In this document: positions 12,105 through 24,492 of the stretch, piece after piece
Layout: every line of letters starts with the position of its first letter
How positions within the stretch are numbered: position 1 is the stretch's first letter
Assembly: GCA_965603825.1 (NCBI GenBank)
Contig: CBFDEM010000023.1
Span: 558,001 to 622,000, forward strand
DNA length: 64,000 nt
Direction: 5' to 3'
From: Blepharisma stoltei ATCC 30299
Lineage: Eukaryota; Protista; Ciliophora
The notes under the pieces: generated by a model
What the model saw: only the letters and a program-made list of their open reading frames with translations
Told to the model about the DNA's origin: nothing
Database searches by the model: none
Position numbers and translations under genes: made by a program

Positions 12105-13493
12105 ATGGGTTGCTGCAATTCCTATCCACTTAGTAACTTTTCTAGGAGATACAAAAAGATATCTTCTGAAGATCAGTTCCTAATAAGCTATACAGACTCA
12201 ATAGTTTTCTCGAGTTTTGATTTTCATGAGCTTTATGTCAAATTGGCAAAATTCTCAGAAGTGAAAATAAGCCAAGAAGACTTGGAAAGCTTTTTTTCTG
12301 ATGCAAACATAGAACCATCATTGTTAAAAATTAACTCATCAACGGCAGCCATTTTACAGAAAATATACAAAAATAGCCTCTATGATTTGAAAAGTCTGAA
12401 GCTAACTGTAATTTTGCTAGGAAAAGGAAACTACTATGATAAATGCCTTAAGATATTTGAAGTATATGATTTATGCCTTAAATTATCATACTTAGACAAA
12501 AGAACCTTACTCCTAATTCTATATGATTTAGTGGGTATAATTGAGATGATTATTCCAGAAAACGGCTTGGATGATTCCCCAGACATTGTAAAATCATGCA
12601 TAAAGGACTATTGTGTAAGGTTTCTTGACGAAAAACTAAGAGTTTTCGACAAAATTATAAAACTTGTTTTCAAGAATGAAAAAGAAATCCTTTGTTCACA
12701 GTTTCTCAGAATGCTAGAAATCAATCATTCTTTGTGCTCTTTATTCAACGCAAATAGCCTCCGTCTTCTGCTTATCGATGAGGTGATTTCGCATGAAACT
12801 AGTACTCTATTCCAAGAAATGTACCCTAAAATAGGCGATAGCCCAGTGTATCAGAAATCACTTAGACCTACATTTAATAATCCTAAAATTGAAGGAAAAA
12901 TCCTTCTCAAGCCAGTTAAAAATTATTCAATTCAGATCCAAAATCCGGTCTCAAACCCAAAAAGCATTTTTGAAACGGATTGGGAAAAAAAATTTCCTGA
13001 AATCCCAAAAATTAATTTAAATCTGCCTGAGGCTAAGCCAGTGGCTTTATCTGATTGTGATCAAGATAGCAGCGAATCCATGTCTGGCGAATCCTGTGAT
13101 ATGAATTCAAGCTTCTTAGGGTTCCCAAAACCACAATCAAGAGTCAGATCATCTTCTTCGACAGAAGATTTGGCAGGTTTGCAATTAATTCCACAGATTA
13201 AAAGAAGAGGAGGAATTCTTAAGCGTTGCTCGACTGACAAGAAGAGAAGTAAGAAAAAATCATCCATAAAATCTGTCTCGTTTTCAGTAGAAAGTATTGG
13301 CAACAAAAAGCAATCTGCTTTGGAGCCTATTATATTAAGAGTGAACTTAGGCGAAAATAAGTTTGAAAATGTTCAACTAAAACCTGGAGAAAATCCTGCA
13401 GTAGCCGCTTCAGCTTTTGCAATAAAAAATCGACTGAAAAAGTATGAAAGAGATGAGTTAGCCAGAAGCCTGAGATCTTTAATAGAAGATTAA
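12105..13493 (+). CDS. Putatively N-acylated (MGCC) protein with degenerate EF-hand-like region and GILK/KSVSF motifs
   Basis: 462-aa ATG to TAA ORF; motifs read from the translation. Confidence 0.8.
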   Translation: MGCCNSYPLSNFSRRYKKISSEDQFLISYTDSIVFSSFDFHELYVKLAKFSEVKISQEDLESFFSDANIEPSLLKINSSTAAILQKIYKNSLYDLKSLKLTVILLGKGNYYDKCLKIFEVYDLCLKLSYLDKRTLLLILYDLVGIIEMIIPENGLDDSPDIVKSCIKDYCVRFLDEKLRVFDKIIKLVFKNEKEILCSQFLRMLEINHSLCSLFNANSLRLLLIDEVISHETSTLFQEMYPKIGDSPVYQKSLRPTFNNPKIEGKILLKPVKNYSIQIQNPVSNPKSIFETDWEKKFPEIPKINLNLPEAKPVALSDCDQDSSESMSGESCDMNSSFLGFPKPQSRVRSSSSTEDLAGLQLIPQIKRRGGILKRCSTDKKRSKKKSSIKSVSFSVESIGNKKQSALEPIILRVNLGENKFENVQLKPGENPAVAASAFAIKNRLKKYERDELARSLRSLIED

Positions 13494-13517
13494 TTGTTGT
13501 TATCATAATTTATTTAT

Positions 13518-16135
13518 ATGAAAATACTGTATTTTCTTTTGCTTTTATATTTAGGCTTCTGCTTTGAATATATTCTACACTTCAATTATTATGACACCCG
13601 CATCAGCCTGCTCTCAAAACTCCCTCCCCAAGCACAAGCAACAATTATTGTTGAGCATGACCCATCTCAAATGGAAGCAGTCTCAGACTTTCTCCTCATA
13701 ATTTCAAATGAAGAGCTGGATTCATCGACTTTGCCTGATTTAAAAGGCATTTATCTTCAAAAGAAAATTAACAGAAAAACCCTTGCTTCTCAGTCACAAG
13801 GAAAAAGCCGTCGATTAGAAGAAGTTTTACCGATAAAATATTTATGGGATCAGAATAAGAAAGGAAAAGGCGTAAAACTAGGGATCCTTGATTCTGGGAT
13901 TAATAGCGCAGATCTTAGTAAAATTCTGATTGAAGGGTGTATAAATTTTACAAATGATCTTGATTGCGAAGACAGCACAGGGCATGGAACTTTTATGGCA
14001 TCACTTATATCAAGCACACAAGATGGGTGTTTAGGGATCGCCCCAGAGTCAACTTTGTATATTTTAAAGGTTTTCGAGGATTCTGAAGAGTCATATACAT
14101 CGTGGTTTCTAGAAGCTTTTAATTATGCAATACAGCATGATATAAAAATTCTTAGCTTATCGACTGGAGGAATAGATTTTTCTGATACACCTTTTGTAGT
14201 GAAAATAAAAGAGCTTGTAGAGAACGGAATTACTATTATATCAGCTGCAGGAAATGATGGGCCAGGATTTGGGACATTAAGTAATCCTGGAGATCAGCCT
14301 GAGGTGATAGGAGTTGGCGGATTAGACGAATCTGGAGAAAAAGTAGCTGACTTTAGTAGCAGAGGACCTACATTGTGGGAAATGAGAGGTGGAATGGGGA
14401 GGTTTAAGCCTGATATAGTAACTTATGCGTCAAATATAAGAGGCTATGTCGGCGGCAAATGCTCGTCAAGTTCTGGGACATCAGTTGCAACACCAATTGT
14501 TGCTGGAAGCCTTGCATTAATATATAACGAAACTTATTCTCCTGGACTGATAAAGCAAGCCTTAATCCATTCTGCTGAAAAACTGCCTAAATTTTCTATA
14601 TTTGAGCAAGGTGCTGGAAAACTCGACATTTTAAATGCAGAAGAATATTTCCAAAAACCAAAAAATATTTCATCATTCCCTCCAAATTTCAGCAATAATG
14701 ATGAATATTTTTACCCATATAATTTACAAGGACTGTAATTTCTACTTAGACATGCAGATGGGTCTGCTTTAATTTTAAATTTCACAATATTTCATCCTAA
14801 TGAATCATCTGCTGCTTTATCTTTATATTCAATTGAAAAAAGCTCGTATAGCCTAGAAATAAATATAGAAATCGCCAATTTTTCTGCATATACTGCATCT
14901 GTAGGTGTTTTTGTATTTTTAAATCATTATCATGCTGATTCTTTGCACGCTACAATTAATTTACAAAGCGATGATTTTAATTTATCAATCCCCCTTAATT
15001 TTAAAACAAGCTTGGTTCCTGAAAAGGAGTTTAGAGTTTTATGAGACTTGAGCCATAATTTAAAATACCCAGAAAATGGAATTGTTATAAGAGATGAAGA
15101 AGAAGACAACTATTTATTTGACTGAAGAGGAGACCATCCTTTTACCAATCATTTGCAGCTATATGATTATATAGTTTCATTAGGCTATACTGTTGATTTT
15201 TTATACACAGATTTTTCTTGTGTGAAATCTAATTTATACTCTACATATCTAATAATTGACCCAGAGCTCCCATTTACTGATTATGAAATAAAAAAAATCA
15301 GATACGATGTTGACATTTCTGGGATTTCCCTCATAATTTTTGCAGACTGAGGAGACCATAAATCTCTTTCAAATCAGCTAAAAAAAGCAAATTTAACGTC
15401 AGGAATACCAGGATCAAACATTTTTACAATAAACGAGCTTTTGTCTCCATATTTCATGGAGTTTGGAGCATCAAGAAGCTACTCAGGCGACGGATTTTAC
15501 ACATCTAAACATTTCTCAGTAAGTTTTCACTATAGTTTATGCAAGGATCTGAAATCACACGATTTCCTGCTGATGGATATTTAATATCCCAATCATTTAT
15601 AGATCCAAAAACAAGCAAATCAAGAGAGATGGGGGTGATTGGTCTAATTGATTTTGATGTCAGCCGTATTGCAATAGTAGGAGATTCCAGCTGCTTGAAC
15701 CCAGATTTATCGAATTATGACTGTTTATGGCTTATGGAAGAATTATTGGAATTCACAGCGCAAGGTAACTCTGTAGTTGACAATTGGTTTAAGCTACCTT
15801 ATGACTATGATATTCATATTGAAGAAGATGATTATGTCACTTGGGTATATCCAGCACCAATTTCAGAAGAAAGGGTAAGAAATCTTAAGTCCTTAGGGAT
15901 AGAAGAGGAAAAAGTGGTAAATCATGAAACTGAATGGCATGAAATGACGCAGAAAAAATTGAGGACTTGGAGCCCATTTAGGCCTGATGCCGATAATATA
16001 GACTTGGTCAAGGTCGTCCAATTTATTGTGTCAGGAATTTTAATATTGCTACTTGGAGTTCTGTATTTTTCAAGAAAAAAGCCAGTTCAGCACCCATTGA
16101 GAAGACTTAAACCAATTTCAGTAGCTTCAGTTTAA
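13518..16135 (+). CDS. MBTPS1: Site-1 protease (subtilisin S8, SKI-1/S1P); introns 14735-14749 and 15519-15535; 3 TGA=Trp
   Basis: Catalytic ILDSG, GHGT, AGNDG, SGTSVA. S1P-specific WEMRGGMGRFKPDIVTY, RVL(W)DLSHNLKYP, FD(W)RGDH, IIFAD(W). Signal peptide and C-terminal TM. Confidence 0.92.
14735..14749 (+). other. 15-nt intron (GTAATTTCTACTTAG)
   Basis: In-frame TAA; removal continues the S1P homology. Confidence 0.9.
15519..15535 (+). other. 17-nt intron (GTAAGTTTTCACTATAG)
   Basis: Needed to shift into the frame of ORF 15539..16135 (GSEITRFP). Confidence 0.8.
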
Positions 16136-16210
16136 TTTACAATTATTTTGTTAATATATAAATGTCTACTACAATATATGATTTTCATATAATAAACCCC
16201 CTTTTTTACA

Positions 16211-17161
16211 ATGGAACAGTCCTCTCGAGCAGAATTCAAAAGCAGAAATTCTCAGCTGACCCTTGAATCTGAGCAAGAAATAATTCATTTAAAAAAAGAA
16301 AACTCAGAACTCATAAACACACTGACTGAGCTCAGATGCCGAATCCAATCATTGCAAAAACAGAATGAAAATTTACAGAAATCTAATACAGGTTTTCAAG
16401 AACAAATTAATAAGCTTATATATGAAGAGCAAGAAAGTTTTAATGCAAAAATCCAAATTACTATGGAACTTTCTGAATGCAGAAAAGAGCTAGCGGAAAA
16501 GTGTAAAGAAAATGAAGCGATTAAACAAGGGAATTTAGACGCAAAAGAAATAATTGAGAAGTTAAAAGAAAGAAATGAGGAGGTAAGAAAAAGAAATGCA
16601 GAGCTAGAAAGCTTGTATTTGAAAACAAAACAACAGCTGGAAATGAAAAATGAATTATTTGAAAAACAGACAAAAGGCTTAAAAGAGGATTACTATTTTA
16701 ATGATTTTAACTTGAAAAGATCACTGAATTTTCAAGATAATGATAAAAGTGCTAAAAGAATAAAAAAATCTGAATCTCAAAGATTTAATTTTGATTCCCC
16801 AATATCAGATAGGTCGTCTCCTGATTTACAAAATTTGCTAGACTCTTATAAGTGTGAAATAATCCAAGCCAAGAAAACCATCAAAAACATGAAAAATGAT
16901 GTCAAGCGTCTCCTTGGCTGGAAAATCAATTATTTTGACAACATAATAAGCCTGACTCTCCTCTATTCCCAGCAAACCATCTCTTTAGAAAAAGAGCTCA
17001 AAAATGGCGAAAACACTTACACCCTCTTATATACAGAGTACATAAATAACGTCCTCTCAGTCTCAGAAATTTCAGACTATTTATACCGACATACGACTTA
17101 TCCAGCCTTTTTTTCAGCTATTGCCCTTCACTCATATAAAATCGGTTTTGCTTTCCATTAA
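16211..17161 (+). CDS. Coiled-coil protein with MAD1-like C-terminal domain
   Basis: Coiled coil followed by LLGWKI and YPAFFSAIAL, resembling the MAD1 C-terminus (G[YW]xI ... PAFLSxxTL). Confidence 0.6.
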   Translation: MEQSSRAEFKSRNSQLTLESEQEIIHLKKENSELINTLTELRCRIQSLQKQNENLQKSNTGFQEQINKLIYEEQESFNAKIQITMELSECRKELAEKCKENEAIKQGNLDAKEIIEKLKERNEEVRKRNAELESLYLKTKQQLEMKNELFEKQTKGLKEDYYFNDFNLKRSLNFQDNDKSAKRIKKSESQRFNFDSPISDRSSPDLQNLLDSYKCEIIQAKKTIKNMKNDVKRLLGWKINYFDNIISLTLLYSQQTISLEKELKNGENTYTLLYTEYINNVLSVSEISDYLYRHTTYPAFFSAIALHSYKIGFAFH

Positions 17162-17197
17162 TGCCATAATTAATTTTAATTAAGTTGAAATTAATAA

Positions 17198-17803
17198 ATG
17201 AAGTTTTCTAAGCTAGAGCCACTTACCTTACAAAAAACTGGACAAGTGCATAATTTATGAAAAGACATGCTGAGTCAAGAAGAAAAGTCTTATTTAAAGT
17301 AAAATTTTATTAGTTCTATTGACAGAGGATTATTGAAAAATACCATTTCACCAAATTGCTTGTCAAAACTAGCGATTTCTGATCATCAGACTATTGAGAC
17401 GAAGACTTATGAAACTTTTTCTAAGGAGTATGGCGTGCATATATTGGATAGAGCAAGGCTTTTTCAAAGTGAACCTACAAGTCCTGATTTTTTTCGTTGA
17501 AAAAGGTTCCATAACTGCCCCTGGGCCAATAGTTCTATTGCTTTAAGTCACAATCCAACACCTACTAAAGAATTAAGTAAAAAATTACTTAAAGATTCAA
17601 GTAAATTTTATATAGAGATAAAGCATCAAAAGTATAAAAGCCAACAGCTAAGCTGTGAAAGGCTATCAGCTTTAAAAAAAGCTGAAGAGATAGAGTTTCA
17701 TAGAAGAATTGAGCTTGAAAAAGAAAAATCCAAGTAAATATTATTTAGGAGCTTAAATAGAAACTGCTCCTTACCTAGACTTTATGCTAAAAAACCATTT
17801 TAG
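17198..17803 (+). CDS. Small basic hypothetical protein absent from the ORF track (introns 17299-17313, 17734-17748, probably 17601-17615; TGA=Trp at 17258 and 17498)
   Basis: A single frame runs from ATG 17198 to TAG 17801-17803. Its only two TAA stops each lie inside a 15-nt GTAA..AG. Confidence 0.8.
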
Positions 17804-17920
17804 TAAAAATTTATTAATAATATCAATTATTAACCATAACATTAACTTATTCTTTAATTGGTTCTAATTTTCTTTAAATTTTCATTATTTTTACAAAATT
17901 CCAATAGATTTAGTGTATAA

Positions 17921-18982
17921 TTACATATTAATGAAAGTCTTGGGATCAAAATATTTCATTAAAGACTGCACTGAATTTATGTAGCTTTGATAATGTTTTG
18001 ATGATTTTGAATGATCAATATGATTTATATAAGGATCAATCAAATTTTCCAGCTCAGGGTAATATAAAGGCCCTCTATTCAATCTTAAATATGCTAAAAT
18101 CGGCTCAAACCTAACCGCGAAGTTTAAATAGGAAATTGAATGTGTGTACATCCCTTGGAGCTCTCAATTACTAGTAAATACCCCTGACCCAGGCAAAAAC
18201 TTCTCATTTCTTCCTGAAGTAAAACAGAACTGTTTCTGATCAATATTCACTACATTCATATCAGCCCAAGGGTCTTGATCAATCATTTTTACCACACTCC
18301 TCTGCATAAGGCTAAACGGAGTCCTTATATCTTCATAATCTTTTGAAAAATTTGCCACAGACAAAATGGTAAAATTCCAATTTTTATTGGAAATAAAATT
18401 TTTTTCTTTGATAATCGAAATAGGACGGTTGTTAAAAGTTCTGATAAAAACTTCAGACTGTTCTGAAGAAATAATGGAATTTGATGTTATTAATAAATCT
18501 CCTGATAATAAAATAGCGTGGCCAATAGGTTTCTTTACAAGTTTATCTTGGTCTGATATTGAAAAAATGCTTACTTGTGTTTCTATAGCATGGTTTGGAG
18601 GATCAGGGTGTCTTAATGATGCCAATCCTCTTGGCTTTGGAGTTTCGTCTATTTTTTGGTATTTCTGTCTTTGGGAATCTTGATATCCATCAAGTTCTTT
18701 TAATAGTGAATTATTTCCAAGATTAGCGACCCTGAATCCATGTATGTGCTCTATTCCATAAGTAGGATCTTTTAATACAATCCCTTCATTTTTGTTGTCT
18801 TCTACTACTGAGCTTCTTATTCCTTTATCATTTTTGAGATTTTGAGACTTATTTTGAGAAGAATGAGGAGTAATGACACTTGCACCTAATTTTGCAAATA
18901 AATTCGATCTTTCGCCTTGATTTAGTTTTAACGCACTTTTAGAGGCTGAAGAATCTGTGAATAATGAGCTAGTTTCATTCAT
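17921..18982 (-). CDS. Degenerate trypsin-like peptidase domain protein; TGA=Trp at 18164
   Basis: GHAILLSGDLLITSNSII, NFTILSV and PGSGVFTSN(W)ELQGMY resemble GxGFLIxxxxLLTNxHV, DxALL and SGSPVFxxxWxLxG. Confidence 0.65.
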
Positions 18983-19023
18983 AATTTTATTTAATTTATT
19001 ATAAACGTTACAATTAATAAAAA

Positions 19024-22000
19024 ATGCTTTTAGGCTCTATTTTAACCGGGCATCAACCTACTGAAAATCAGAATGAAGAATCCAAACAAGACCAGTATAT
19101 TGGATTACAAACCAAATCAATGATGTCAGAAGAAGAGGGCCTACTACAAGCCCAGTCCGCAATCCCTTCTCCAAAGCCAGAAGAGAAGTTTAAAAAGATG
19201 GAGAAAAATCAAGAAATAATTGCTTTGCTTGATGCAATTGAAGCTTCTGATGAAAACCTCGCCATAGAAATAGCATTTAATCAAAATTTCATTGAAAAAA
19301 ATACAGAATTTGTAGAGTCCGGCAAAGCGGTTGTTAAATCACTCAGCTGTGGCATGGAAAACCTAGCTCTTGAGCTATGTAAAATAGGCTATTCAGTTCC
19401 AGATGCAGAAATTATTAATGCTGTCCAAGCAGGTAAAGATAATCTGGCTCTTGAAATTATTCGTAAAAATTTGCATAAAAATGAATATCGTGAGCTCGTT
19501 TTGTGGTATTTAGCGTATAAAGATTCACTTTTTGCTTTAGATGAATTCTTAATCCAAAATCAAGATTTAAGAATATATGCAATAGGTGGGATAAAAATTC
19601 CAGAAGAAAGGAAAAAAATACATACAGACCTTTCATTAATATCAATTTCTCTTGGGCAGTCAATTTCTGCAGGCTTAGATTATGTTGCTTGCTATTTGCT
19701 TATGCTTTCTCCATCATCGCTTACTATAAGCTCCTTTAATGAAGCTATTGAGAAATGCTGTATGGGAGTCTTAAAAAGGCTATGGACTGGCGATGTTTAT
19801 CAGTCTAATATATCACTTATAAAAACAAGGAAAAAGAAATCAGAAATTTGGAACTCATTAAAGAATCAAGCGCTTACAATCGAAGAAAGGAAAATTTTAT
19901 CAAAAGGGCTAAGGCTTTCAAAAATCATTGATTCTTTGGCATCGAAAAATAAACTTCATGAGATGAAAGAGCTAGTTAGTTGGCCTGGTGCGGCTAATGA
20001 CGATGGAGTTATTCAAAAATTGATTAATTTAAGGCAGGAAGAAATTGCAAAAGAAGCTGCTAAGAAATGTACAATTGCGAGCGCAAAAGATTTTGTTGTT
20101 GCGTGGGATGCAGAGTATTATGATGTATGTGTGCTTTGCTTAAAATCAGAAGGTGCGATAAAGCAGCTTGAAATAGTTGAAATACAAGAAAAACTTGTGT
20201 CATTGCTAAAAAATGGAGAAACTTGTCTGAACGCAATCAAAATGTTAAGCAGAATTCCTCCTATATCTTGAAAATATAGCTTAACCAAAGATCTCTGCTT
20301 AAACATCCAAAACATAGCTAAGAGAAACGACGAAATCATTTTCTGCCCAGCGCCTTTGCTTTTCTGTGCCCTTGCAGCTGAGTTTTTATCAGTTCTAGGG
20401 AGGTCCTCTCTGCAGTATGAAAACCGATGCTTCTCCGCAGCAGAAAATATAAAGGATTTAGGAGTGTGCATAGAAGAATCACTTAAGGACGAAAATGAAT
20501 TAAGATATTTTCTATTGCAAACTGACACTTTGGACAGGACAGCACTAAATATCATCACTGTAAATGGGTTTACTAATATGCTAGAAAGCGATGAAATAGG
20601 GACCATTATTACTAAACTCTGGATTGGGCCTAATAAAAATTATGGTTTAATAGGCGCTTCAGGGCTTTATGCATCACTTAACTCTCCTTCAGGCTCAGAC
20701 GACGCAATGGGATTTTCCAGAAACATGGACAAAACTAAGCCATATTTATTCCATTATGTACAATGGATCGACTCATGCAGCTTACGATTTAACTCCCAAG
20801 CCTTATCTACCGTATGCCTTGTGATCCTTTATCAAATTTTGATTTACAGCGCAATTCAAGCAGACGCGTTTTCAGACGTCGCAAGTGATCCTACAAGTAA
20901 GGTCTTTTTAAGGATAGCCCAATTTTGAATAGGCGGGATTCTTCTTGAGCATGTTCTGCATTTTCTCTTTTCATTTAAAACTGGAAGAGTATACGAAATG
21001 GGCTTTAAAGTGTGGCTTGATATTTTTATATTTATAGACATGATTCTGATAATGATAGGCTTTCAAAACTATTATACTGGGGATGGGAATAAATTGGACT
21101 ATATTGACCCTGCATTGTGCAATGCATGCTTGCATTCGATAATGATGATACTTATTTGGATACGGTTTATGTCAATTTTAATTACTACCAAGACTTTTGG
21201 GCCGTTTTTGAAAATGCTGATGCTTATGATTGGGAGAATTATTAATTTTTTTGTTGTCTATTTTTGCTTGATAGTCTGCTCAGCAGCCATTTTTACTGCA
21301 ATATTTAGTGAATCCAACCCGAATTTTTTGAGTTTTTCTACATCAATTAGAACATTATGTGCAGCGGCGCTTGGAACTTATGATTTTTTTGCATTTACCA
21401 AGCATATTGCGTTAGGTGGGGTTTTACTATCAATTTATCTTTTCTTGTCACTGGTTTTGCTGCTAAATTTACTAATCGCAATATTATTCAACGTTTTCTC
21501 AACGCTCATTGTCCAAGCAGAAAACAAGCATAGGCTGACGCTATCTTCATATTATGAGAAATATATTTGGGATGAAAAATATGGAGTGCTTATATTGCTG
21601 CCTTCACCATTAAACTACTTAACACTATTAGTTTCTCCATTAGTTTTGTTTACAAGAAAACCAGCTAAATATAACAATATTCTATGCAGAATTTTATTTA
21701 TTTCCTTTGCCCTTATTATGTTCAGCATTTTTCTATCTGTCTCTATCTTAATGATCCCAGTTGTTTTTGTAAAAGGATTTGTAATTTATGGCAAAACAGG
21801 CAGAATGCTCAAGGAAAAGCGTCAAGTCAAAATTTTCAGTTCTCAAAGCGGAGATCTAGACGTTCAAGAAGTAGAAAGATCAAAAATAACAAAATTCAGC
21901 AAATCAAAAACTTTTGCGTGGACTTTTATAGGCCTCCCATGGCTGATTTGGTCAGTTATAAAAGACTGTTTTTATTTTTGGGCACTTATGTATGCAGATC

Positions 22001-22620
22001 CTGAGTCAATAGTTGAAGAAAACGAAAAAGCGAAAATTGAAATGATTATAAATCATAGCGCTCTTAAAAGTATCCAAAAAACATTGAAAAGAATTTCATC
22101 ACAAGACGTCACCGTAACTTTATTCATTGAAAAATGGCTGCCTATAGACCGAGAAATCCAAGTTTCTACATCTTTAAGAGAAGATGTCCGCAAACAATTG
22201 GCATTTGAATATTTCATGCAGTATGCGAATTCTCCAAGTGACCAAACAATTAATATCCAAAGGATGAAAAGGTTGCTGCCTAAAAAGCGAAATCATTTGT
22301 ATTCAGAAGAGTATTTAATAAGGGCACGTCATATTAATATTCCAGCATTATTAAAAGGGCATAAAAAATATCGGAGACAAATAGGGTCAATTTTTGCAAT
22401 TAATTCGCATGCAGACAAAAATACCCAAGAAGAAAAAGAGCAAAGCTTAGACCCTGAAGACATAGAAAACCTTCAAAGCTTAATAGAAGACTTAGAAGTA
22501 AAATTCAGCAAAACTCTCACAGACTGTTCATCCTTAAGAACTGCTATGGAAGAACAAAGCAAAATCATGAGAAGACCAGAGCGGAAAAAGACCACATTAA
22601 TTGTTAAAGATATTTTATAA
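19024..22620 (+). CDS. TRP-like cation channel (about 1198 aa); TGA=Trp at 20269 and 20926
   Basis: Three in-frame ORFs. TM domain with FGPFLKML, pore helix, LLLNLLIAIL (S6) and LPSPLNY (LPxPFN-like). Confidence 0.85.
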
Positions 22621-22657
22621 TAAACCACTAGTTTTTGATAATCCATATTTTTGCAAT

Positions 22658-24448
22658 ATGTACGTGGCAGGAAAAGGGATGCCTTTACACCTAGAAGGTG
22701 AAGAAAGAAAAGCCAAGCTGCTAGAGCTAGGAAATTATTGGTGTGAAATCGACTATAACCCAGCCACAAAGGAACAAATGAAGAATTTGATGGAGAGTCA
22801 GCAATATAGTGAGCTTGAAAAATCATTAGTAAAAAGAATTGAGTTTGGAACGGCTGGGCTGAGAAGCAGAATGGCTGCAGGATTTGCGTTTATGAACCAT
22901 ATAACAGTTCAGCAGGCAACTCAAGGATTAATTTTGTATCTGGAATCACTTTATTCACCAGAGCAGCTTCGTCAAGGAGCTGTAATAGGTTTTGATTCAA
23001 GGTACAATTCAAAGAGCTTTGCTGAGCTTGCAGCGTCGTTGTTTATTTCTCATAACATTCCTGTGTACCTTTTCAAGAAGAACAACCCAACACCTTTTGT
23101 GCCTTTTGCAGTTCTTTTAAAGAAAGCCATAATTGGTATACAAATTACAGCCTCACATAACCCTAAAGACGACAATGGTTACAAAGTATATATGAGCAAC
23201 GGCGGACAGCTTGTAGACCCTCACGACAAAATGATTCATCAGTCCATCCTTAATAATTTAGACCTATGGCTTATTGGAGGCTATGACTCCACATGGGTGA
23301 GAAGCAGGGTTACAGAAATTTATGACGAAGTCGCTGAAACTTATATAGAAAGGTCATTAAATTACTCAAGGTCAAGAAATTCCAATAGTAATTCAGAACC
23401 AATTGTCTATACAGCCATGCATGGAGTTGGAGGCGAAACAATCAAATCTATGTGGAAAGCCTGGGGATTCAGCCCACTTGTCGTAGTTGACGAACAAATT
23501 GACCCTGACCCTGAATTTCCAACTGTAAAATTCCCTAACCCAGAAGAAGGCCAAGGAGCACTTGCCCTTTCCATGAAAAAAGCAAGCGAAATCGGGGCAA
23601 GGCTAGTAATCGCTAATGACCCTGACGCAGACAGGATGGGAATTGCAGAAGTCCAAGGTGACGGGACTTGGAGAATTTATTCAGGAGACGAAATCGCTGT
23701 GTTTTTATTAGAGTGGGAAATATCTCATTATACAGACCAAGCGCCAGCTGCAGTTGTAGCAAGCACAGTTTCTTCAAAAATATGTAAAGCAATAGCTGAG
23801 TCTATTGGAGCACGATTTGAAGAAGTTTTGACAGGGTTTAAGTGGATTATTAATAAGTCTTTAGAACTGGAAGGACAAGGATATAAGATGCTTTTTTCAT
23901 TTGAGGAAGCTATTGGGTTTTGTGTAGGAAACCATGTTAGGGATAAAGATGGGATTTTGGCAGCTTGTGTTTTTAATGAACTATATCAAGAAAGATGTGC
24001 TAGTAAAGGGATTAGGCTTAGTGACCATTTAGAAAGGCTGAGGGAAAGGTATGGGTACTATTTGACCAGAAATAAATACTTTTTCTGCTATGAGCCTGTA
24101 GTCATAAAAAGTGTATTTGATAATATAAGACAGGAATACCCAAAAGCAATTGGCAGATTTCCAGTTAAATATATAAGAGATTTGACTGTTGGGTATGATA
24201 ATTCTCAACCTGATAATAAGCCTGTCCTGCCAATATCTCCATCAACTCAAATGATTACCTTTACATTCGAAAATGGAGCTATCATTACTTTACGAACAAG
24301 TGGGACAGAGCCTAAAATTAAATATTATTGTGAATATCATGGAAATACTCTTGAAGACACACGTGCAGAGCTCAATGAACTAGTAGATCATATGATCGAC
24401 CAACTACTTCAGCCTCAAAGATATGGACTGACTCCTCCTAGTAGCTAA
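22658..24448 (+). CDS. PGM2: Phosphoglucomutase/phosphopentomutase, PGM2-type
   Basis: FGTAGLR, ITASHNP, DPDADR, FEEA, RTSGTEPK. First ATG at 22658. Confidence 0.93.
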   Translation: MYVAGKGMPLHLEGEERKAKLLELGNYWCEIDYNPATKEQMKNLMESQQYSELEKSLVKRIEFGTAGLRSRMAAGFAFMNHITVQQATQGLILYLESLYSPEQLRQGAVIGFDSRYNSKSFAELAASLFISHNIPVYLFKKNNPTPFVPFAVLLKKAIIGIQITASHNPKDDNGYKVYMSNGGQLVDPHDKMIHQSILNNLDLWLIGGYDSTWVRSRVTEIYDEVAETYIERSLNYSRSRNSNSNSEPIVYTAMHGVGGETIKSMWKAWGFSPLVVVDEQIDPDPEFPTVKFPNPEEGQGALALSMKKASEIGARLVIANDPDADRMGIAEVQGDGTWRIYSGDEIAVFLLEWEISHYTDQAPAAVVASTVSSKICKAIAESIGARFEEVLTGFKWIINKSLELEGQGYKMLFSFEEAIGFCVGNHVRDKDGILAACVFNELYQERCASKGIRLSDHLERLRERYGYYLTRNKYFFCYEPVVIKSVFDNIRQEYPKAIGRFPVKYIRDLTVGYDNSQPDNKPVLPISPSTQMITFTFENGAIITLRTSGTEPKIKYYCEYHGNTLEDTRAELNELVDHMIDQLLQPQRYGLTPPSS

Positions 24449-24492
24449 GCCCTAATAGAATTATTCCTTAATTTATACTAATATCTTAAAAT

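Noticed and set aside
17852-17924. Possible extra exon after GTAATTATACACTAA at the end of the trypsin-like gene
   Set aside because: No AG acceptor at a suitable distance; the TAA at 17921 is an adequate stop.
22601-22657. Apparent overlap between the TRP-like and PGM2 genes
   Set aside because: An artefact of a TTG start in the track; the first ATG is at 22658.
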